Below, piece after piece: positions 55,754 through 64,000 of a stretch of 64,000 bases of DNA. This DNA comes from Amoebidium appalachense. Taxonomy: Eukaryota; Protista; Ichthyosporea. The position numbers and the translations under genes are program-made. Position 1 is the first letter of the stretch. Every line of letters begins with the position of its first letter. The stretch covers positions 4,781,502 through 4,845,501 of the forward strand of contig CAVNZM010000015.1 in the NCBI GenBank assembly GCA_963693365.1, written 5' to 3'. A model generated the notes under the pieces. It was not told the DNA's origin. It was given only the letters and a program-made list of their open reading frames with translations, and made no database searches.

Positions 55754-56043
55754 TGAGAGTTATTCTGCAAGAATTAGAATGATACTGCCAAAAGCAGAAA
55801 TAATATTCTGCTTTGAGCAGAATTGCTTTTCTTTTCGCAGACTTATTCTGCTTCTAACAGAATTATTCTGCAAAAAGCAGAATTATTCTGCTTTCGACTG
55901 CAGAAAAATTCTGCTTCTATGTAACAAAAAAGATTTAATCTGCTTTTGCCGAATAGTTCTGCTTTTCACAGAACAATTCTGCTGTTAGCAGAATAATTCT
56001 GCTTTTTGCAGAATAATTCTGCTTTTTGCAGAACAATTCCGCT
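55754..56043. repeat. Array of ~20-bp palindromic units (GCAGAATWATTCTGC) arranged as an inverted repeat
   Basis: About a dozen degenerate units. The left block CAGAATTATTCTGCAAAAAGCAGAATTATTCTGCT is the reverse complement of the right block AGCAGAATAATTCTGCTTTTTGCAGAATAATTCTG. Confidence 0.9.
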
Positions 56044-56110
56044 CGGTACCAAGTTGGCTCAGCCGATGTGATGGGGCCCTCCTCCGCCCCCCCTCCCCCC
56101 TGCCCCCCCC

Positions 56111-56141
<31 letters not shown>

Positions 56142-57058
56142 ACACACACACCCTTCCTCAAGGGTGGCCGGGCCAGGTCCCCGGCCTTCCCCCCCCTTCC
56201 CACCCCTCCCACCCCATCTCCCCCCCCCCCCCCCCCCCCCCCCTTCCCCTCCCCCTTCCTTGGAGGGGGGTGGGAAGGCATATTTTTTTTTTTTTTTCCC
56301 CCTGAGGCTCCCTTAAAGACGTTTTTGTCCCTTCAAATTGGCTTCGAATTCGAACTAAACTTCTTGTAGTCTCTGTTGATTTGCGTAATACACAAATGTA
56401 TTTTTGTAGCTCTCTGCGCGCCTGCTGTGCGACTACCGTAGGCAGACCGGACGAAGGAGGGAAATTGGGGAAATAACCATTGACATTGGCAATCAGGCCG
56501 ATGCGAGCTCGCATGCAAGCGAGCCTCCCTCGGCGGTCGATATCCTACTAATATAATAGCCTAACAGGCTGGTTGCAGCCTGCCAACCTGGTGCGGGGCA
56601 GGGCCGGCCAAGGGAGGGTCACCCAGTGCGTGAACATTACATACATACAGTATGATTATTACTTTTAAAGATGGGAATCATGTTCTCGGCGATACTATGA
56701 TACCGATATTCGATGGTCATGCCAGCTGACTCCACCAGCTGCAGGGGAGCCACGCAATTTACGGCTTTAAGGAGTTAAAGTCTTCAACATGAGGTGGAGG
56801 AGGTAACGCGGCTGAAACCTCGGGGGATGCATATGACCGAGGATTGCATGCGCAAGAGTCTAAGCCTACCAGGATCGTCATGACCCTCGACACAAACGTG
56901 CACCACAATGAAAGCCCGGCCCATGGCGGTGGGGCCCACAAAACCTCCCGTCACCTGGTCCCAGCCGAGGCCCCAGGCGAAGATTATAAGGTTGGGGAGG
57001 TGGGAGCTCGAGGGGGATTATTAGCTAGCTACATATCAGGATTTGACGGGACTCCTAG

Positions 57059-57102
<44 letters not shown>

Positions 57103-58223
57103 TTCCCTCCCACCCCACCCCCCAACAAACCCAAAGTTTCCTCATCAAACGAATTCAATTTCATTATCCCAAGCTTCCTCGAGCTCACAGTGTATACCGT
57201 AGCTGCAAGTTATAATTAGCGGCACTGGGCCCTACCACGAGAAGTAGTATTGGCCATGTGGCGCGGCCACCACTGAGTCTCGGATGATTTTAATTTAATT
57301 TAGGAAGTTGGGTTCAGCCGTAGGAAAAACGGGATGCACGGAGAAGGAGAGAGAGAGAGAGGAGAAGGGAGGGGGGGGAGGGGGGGGGGGGGGGGTACGA
57401 GGGCAACACAACAGACCGACTTGGCACACAACCGTTGAGCAGCAGATAAACAGTGCAAGTATTTTTTCTGCAATATATATTAAGACGCCTGATTAATAAT
57501 GCAAAATAATTTAAAAGGCATAAAATGACAAAGAATATATGACGGCGACAACTACGTTTCAGCGGTATCCATGTACAGCACACGCGTCGTTTGCCCACAG
57601 CGTGCATAACAAAAAAAAAACCACCACCGTGATTAAGATAATCGTCACCCACATACGGTACGTCTGCACATGCCAATCTTCTAAATACAATAAACTTTAA
57701 TAATTATGCGTTAAAGATCATTCCACATAGGTTATTGCCACCTACTTGTAGAAAAAACCAAACAAACAAACAAAAAAACCCTGCAGCTCTGAATATACCA
57801 GTCAGTAATCAACATACATGATCATGACTTGTATGATGATGATAATCACAGCTGCCAGCTGGAGGGGGCCGGTGCAATTTTAAAAAAAAAAACGTATCAA
57901 ACAGTAAAGAGTATCATTGTCATTTCCATAGTACCGGCAGCGTATTTCCAAATGCAATTGGCGGTCTAAAAATAGATAATATCCAAGTGACACACAAGTA
58001 CTGATGAGCATACAAACAGAGCAGATTGAACCAAACTTATCTTAATGGCCTTAAAAAAAAACGGGATCCGATGAGTCAAAACCTAACCGTTCCTTCCCAA
58101 CCTTGCGAACCGCAGCTGCCATCCAACGGTCGGACAACCATATGTAGTCGTGAAGACTCAGTGCAACCATTCGTGTGTTAAGGTTGGTGGGAGCCCAAGG
58201 GAGTGGTTGTGGTCCAGGGACGG

Positions 58224-58434
58224 TTAAGACTGAGGCACGGCGACCGTGTTGCAGCGACAGCGCATTTCATCCTGTATGTGTGGATGGCCCGTTATATTAG
58301 TCACGTGCATCAGTGGTGGTGCAAGTGAACAGTAGTATGTACGTGTATAGATTCGACTCGGTGCTTCACATGTACACATGTCCTGTCTGCACTATGCTCA
58401 AGTCCTCCCCCCCTACTCCCCCCCCATCCTCCTC

Positions 58435-58467
<33 letters not shown>

Positions 58468-59194
58468 AGCCCCATCAAAAAAAGGGAGAGAGATAAAAAG
58501 AGAGAAAGTAAGAGCGTGAAGCGGAAGAACGAGAGAAAGAGAGAGAGAGCAAGCAAGCAAACGAGCGAGAGAGGAAAGAGAGAAATGGAGAGGAGAGAAA
58601 TAATAGAAAGTCTTTCAGGGTCCATCATGCACACAGTACCTGAACAGTGCGCAACATAGCATTGCTGTTTGCCCTCAGTGTCTCGATTTGGTTTTTGGCC
58701 CACGACTGAAGCTCGGTGTTTTCCGTCTGCAGCCTTCCAACCCTCACTAGAAGCTCCTGGTTGACGTGGTTATTTTGGTCCAAATCTGACGACATACCTC
58801 GGACCAGAAGTTCCGCATCTGCACAGCGTTTGCGCCAATATTCAACGGTGCTGCATCACGTGGAGAATGATTGGTTAGTTAATTCTAAGGCTATATTTAT
58901 AACAACTAAAGAAGGCACGGGATACTGACGAGGGGAAAGGATGGCTGGGTGCAGGGGGGAGGGGAGGGTGGGGGGAGGGGGAGGGAGAGGGGAGAAGAGG
59001 TAGAGCCTAATGGCTTCCGTGTGAGTAGGTTTTTGCACAATGGCGTGCTCGTAGCAAGGGGGGGGGGGGGGGGGGGGGAGGTGGATGTACGCATTAGGGG
59101 TATGAGTGTGGTATAGCCTAATTTGGCTAACATTCTGGAATATATCTCTCTCTCACTCACACACACACACACACACTCTCTCTCTCTCTCAAAG

Positions 59195-59244
<50 letters not shown>

Positions 59245-60021
59245 GCGCGTGTGTGTGTGCGCGCGCTCGCACGCATGGGGGGTTGAAAAAAAAAGGGGGG
59301 TGGGGGGGTTCACATACTCTCTTGTAGTCTGTATCTGACCCTTCTGTTGAGAGATCATCCACTGCAGCTGCTTTCTCTCCCTCAATGCAAGCAGTAGCTC
59401 CCTCCTCACGTCCACAGAATCCAAATACTCCCTCTCTTCCTCACTCTCCACGCACTGTGCATTTACACCGGATAAATCTCGTGTTTCATCCCTCCCAGGT
59501 CGTGAATCCTTGGATGAGCTATTCCCAGATTTAACCCTCTTGATGCCGTGTTCATTCGTGGGGAAAATGTCGTCGCACGCCGACCTCTTGTCCTTTTCAG
59601 GGGGTTTATTACAACGATCCTGGGGGGATTGGGGGGTAGCATTACACACGGGGCTGAAAAACCCTCCCCTTGTGGCCATTGTTACCACTTCTGTTGGGCT
59701 TGGTCCAATTTTCCGCGGTGACGTCGCTAAGGGGGGTCGATAGTCATCGTGCCCAATAAATTGCACCGTGTGTTCAGACCCCATTGATTTCCAGCAGTCT
59801 AGTGGCTGGGGTCTGTGTGGGCTTTCAGTTTCTGCGCTCGCTCTCCGTAACCAATTTTCCCGCTCTTCGAGAATTTCGAAATTTCTTGATGCGTGGTTTT
59901 GTCGTTGTGCATGCAGTCGTTCAATGCTTCGGAAATGATTGTGCGACACGGGGTTCTGTTGTTGGGTGTGGATTTGCAAAAAAGGGCATGGAGGGGTTTT
60001 TTGTTGGAATTGGGTTTCCAT
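58224..60021 (-). CDS. Hypothetical protein, 3 exons, ~320 aa; disordered N-terminal half and coiled-coil-like C-terminal half
   Basis: Exons 60021-59318, 58850-58640 and 58271-58224 join in frame across GT-AG introns (GTATGT donor, ACTAAC branch-like site before the intron 1 acceptor). No family motif recognised. Confidence 0.7.
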
Positions 60022-61414
60022 TTTAATTTAGTTCAGACAATCTTGTGCGGATATCTTCTTCACACACGGAGCGTGCTCTATTAGATGTTACAAAATGATT
60101 TGGACGCAGTGTGACATCAACATGCACGTTCATACGTTCGTGCACCTTGTTTAAGACAGTTGTCAGCGGCGAGACGTTACAATCATTATTATCACGGTGG
60201 TCAGAGGTGCCATGTATAATGAAGGCCAAGTTGATTGAAATTATAAAATGATGTGTCTCTTTGTAACAGGCAGCAAAGTGGCGGGTGCAGTACATCGAAT
60301 CACGGAGCTAGCTTTATGTGATAGTTTTTTTTTGAATCAACGTACACACAAGTGCACAACCTGAGAAAAATTGTCTGACGCCGACTCAGACTGAATATGC
60401 ACTTATGAAGATAAGCTTGCACTGCCCTTGGCACAAACCAACTATTACACTAATAACAACATGAAACGGTTTCATGTGGTCCAAATGACACAAGTTTCAA
60501 ACTGACAGACCACCACTTGATGTGTGCGCTTTTTGTAGGGGCTCACCGCGAGCTCACGAACACGGCGGCCTTGGACCACCCCGGCCGGCCGTTGGTCAAG
60601 ATTCTGCACGTGCACAATTGGAATTTGATTGGGCGGCTGCGTGAGGCCCTTTTGACACATCGGGCCATATGTAAATGTAAAAAAACCAAAAAAAGAAGAA
60701 AAAAAGAAAAGAAAAAACAGGTTAGCTATGTATGAGAGTCTTATTGAGCGTTGATGGGTGCGGGTCTACTTTCACGAAAATGTGAAGAATTCTGGCAAAT
60801 TTATAGTAGTATGTATTGTAGTGCATTCCTAATTATAGTAGAAATTTATATGCACATACTTTTAGGTCTTCTCATTGTTCTTCCCAACCTTTCCCACGTA
60901 ACAAGTACGCACGTGCAACGTTCGCCCAACTTTATACTCATGAGGCTCGCGTTTGGGGCACACATGGACAAATAAACTTTGAATGGGCTATTCCTATCAT
61001 CAGAAAAAATTGTTGTGTTTCTAAACAAGTATGCATCGATGTAACTCATGTTGCTCGAAAATGTGCAACACAAACCCAAATCAGATAGAAAGAAAATAAT
61101 AGAACGTTTGCGGCGTCATGACTCATTAGCGTCATTTCGATTCGATCACTGGCATTTGGAGCACGTGCGAATGTTTCTCGAACCTGCCATGATGCCTACC
61201 ACCTACTGAGGCGGTGTCTGAGTCTCCTTTCTTTCTTTCTTTTTTTTTTTTTTTTTTTTTTTGTTACTTAAAAGGGACGCCTGAGTAGATGTTAAACGTC
61301 GCACGTGCGGCAACACGTCAGTACGTGTTAGCCATGATGCCATCATGATCCCAAATGTACGTCACCGGCACATATGCACACCCACCCACCCACACCGTGG
61401 CACACACACGCACG

Positions 61415-61459
<45 letters not shown>

Positions 61460-61757
61460 GCACGCACGCAGACAAACACGAACACAGACACATACACACA
61501 CTGCACCCGCGCGCGTGTCACCAGGCCGGATCATTTGCACTTTCAATTTCTCATATGCATGTGCGTGCGCACGTGCCATAAAGGGTGGGCCGTGGGAACT
61601 GCGAAGTCTTCGGCTCATCAGTCATCACGCAGGGCGTGTGCGGAGGTGTGGGGTAGGCTAGGCACTGTACGTGACGTAGCAGGTGTAAAGCATTGGCTTT
61701 CCTTATGCTGTTGTATACTTCAGTGTATTTTCCGCGTAGTGGTGGTGGTGGTGGTCG

Positions 61758-61788
<31 letters not shown>

Positions 61789-62874
61789 AGGGGAGGTGGT
61801 ATGGAGATGGGGGAAGGAGAGGGAGGGAGGAAGGGAGAGAGGGAGGGAGGAAGGGAGGGAGGGAGGGAGGGAGAGGGAAGGAGGGAGGGAGGGAGGGAGA
61901 GAGGTGGGGGCGGGAGGGAGGGAGGGAGAGGGGCCCGAGGGAGGGAGGGAGCGGAGGGAGGGAGCGGGGGGAGGAGAGAGGGAAGAAAGCGAGAGATCCT
62001 GAGGGAGGGAAGGTGGGGGAGGGAGGGAGAGAGAGATCTTGAGGGAGGGAGAGGGGGGGAGGGGAGGAGGAGGGGGGGGGGAAGAGAGATCGTAAGGGAG
62101 GGAGGGAGGTGCGGGGGAAGGGGGGAGGGGGGAAGGGAGGGAGAGAGAGAGAGAGAGACTGGCAGGCAGAGAGGGAGAGAGAGAGAGAGTCGGACAGAAA
62201 GAGTTACAGAGAAAGAGAGAGAGGGAGGGAGAGAGGGAGAGAGGGAGGGAAAGCGAGAGAGCCTATCGGGGAGGGAGAGAGGAAGGAGGGCAGCGAGAGG
62301 GGGAGGGGAGAAGGGTATAAAGGAGAATGGAGAGGGCGGGTGAGGAAAAACGGGAGGAGCTCGCAGAAGGCTAGATCTGGCAGGATCCCATTCTTACGCA
62401 AACGTCCATCTAGGGTGCCTAACAGTTTGCAACACATTGTCAAGGAAACTAGGCAACGACTGCTGTGAGGGAAACACACAGGCAGTAAGGCAACAGAGAG
62501 TACAGTGGTGTGTATGCCCGCATACGTGTGTGCATGCGCGCATGTGTGAATGAGTTTGTGTGTGGCCATTACCGCTGTTAGATAACCTGATCAAAAAAAG
62601 GCAAAGATCTAAGCACTCTTGTCACCCCCCACCGTCGCACGCCTCACATTTCGTCGGCAAATGTTCTGAGATCCACCTCTATACTCTTCCACAGTGCAAC
62701 ACACTTCATATACCGTGGTGCCTGGGTGCAACTGACGACATGCACATTGCACATTGTCAAGCACTTACACACTCGTACATCACACTAGATGGGCTACTCG
62801 ATTTTCATGTGCTTGCAATGCTATGGTGTACTTACTACCCCCCCTCCCCCCCCCCCCACCCTTGAGCACCCCCA

Positions 62875-62975
62875 GTGGATGGGCTCTGCCTACGATGCAT
62901 AGCCTTACTGTGTGGTTTGCAGTCTGCATGGTGTTGTCCGTCATGGACGTGGTTGGTACTCCGTAACCCAATCTA
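62875..62975 (+). repeat. Repeat family A, 3' module copy
   Basis: GGATGGGCTCTGCCTACGATGCATAGCCTT...TTGCAGTCTGCATGGTGTTGTCCGTCATG matches 38064-38140 and 40391-40460. Confidence 0.75.
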
Positions 62976-63082
62976 CCCCCCCCCCCCCCCCCCCTTCTCC
63001 CCCCCATCGCCCTTTGAGCCTTCCCCACCCACCCAACCAGCATCCAATAAAAAATGCCCGTTCTCCGTCATCCCCCCCCCAG

Positions 63083-63113
<31 letters not shown>

Positions 63114-63434
63114 CCTCTCTCCTGGGGAAAAGGGCCCTTCGGCTGCCCTGTAACACCACATAGCCATAAATAAAACGTACGTTTACCTAACCCCGCGCCC
63201 AAGCCCTCTTTCCGGGCTGTTGTCGTGGAAAAGTCACAAATGACAAGTGCGCCAAATTTGATCTGAAAGAGCAACGTAGAACACATACAGAGACATAATT
63301 CCCCTTTACCCTGTACACACACAAACATGCACACATGCACACACACACACAGACACGCGCACCATACACACATGCACCCGCATGCACACCCACCTAACCC
63401 CATACACAGAAACACACGCACAGACACAAACACA

Positions 63435-63493
<59 letters not shown>

Positions 63494-63514
63494 ACACACA
63501 CACGTACACACAGC

Positions 63515-63646
63515 ATGGGTCTGCTTGTGCTCGTCACGGGGGCCAATAGGGGCCTTGGCTATGACGTCAGCATGCAGCTGGCCTCAAGTGGCCACAGAGT
63601 TCTTATGGCCTGCAGGAATACAGAGGAGGGCAAAAAGGCTGAAAAT
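63515..63646 (+). CDS. Short-chain dehydrogenase/reductase (carbonyl-reductase-like), first coding exon; gene continues beyond the window
   Basis: MGLLVLVTGANRGLGYDVSMQLASSGHRVLMACRN contains the TGxxxGxG Rossmann motif. GT donor at 63647. Confidence 0.88.
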
Positions 63647-63678
63647 GTGCGCCATTATCCCTCCCCCCCCCCCCCCCC

Positions 63679-63723
<45 letters not shown>

Positions 63724-63943
63724 CCGGACACACACACGCATGAGCACACACACACACAAGCACAAACCACTTGAAGAATCCTAATCAATGGTCGAGTATA
63801 TTAGACAGAGCAAAGTATTTAGGATGAAACAAAAGTGATAAAAGAAATTCGGATACTGTACAATCGAGATATATTGAGTGGATATATGGACTTATTTTCC
63901 CAGGCGTTAGTTTTATCTTCCCCGTGACACCCGCGCGTGCACG

Positions 63944-64000
<57 letters not shown>

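Noticed and set aside
55754-56043. CRISPR array
   Set aside because: Palindromic units are contiguous with no unique spacers, no cas genes, and the context is eukaryotic.
56718-57060. Possible coding exon (also 28550-28690 and 44959-45175)
   Set aside because: Short open stretches without family motifs or a consistent splice path.

Overview
Eukaryotic nuclear DNA from a very microsatellite- and homopolymer-rich genome with spliceosomal GT-AG introns. An opisthokont protist is my guess from gene content, and the sequence does not prove it. Most ORFs in the supplied track are translations of (CA)n, (GA)n and poly-G/C tracts. The supportable content is: (1) three intronless AAAP/LHT-like amino-acid transporter copies (one pseudogene, two intact); (2) a young full-length Ty1/copia element between them, with 765-bp LTRs that read as identical, a CTCTC target-site duplication, a half-tRNA-iMet primer site and a gag start inside the LTR; (3) spliced genes for TRM112, an ICME-like prenylcysteine methylesterase, TOM22, a hypothetical coiled-coil protein and the first exon of an SDR; (4) decayed fragments of probable non-LTR retrotransposon, possible viral and possible peptidase origin; (5) several short interspersed repeat families. 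The most unusual signal is a ~500-nt segment in ICME intron 6 (39888-40380). It folds on the + strand into nested helices with G-U pairs plus two pseudoknots, and it is the longest member of a repeat family with truncated copies elsewhere in the window. All homology calls come from reading motifs by eye; no searches were run.
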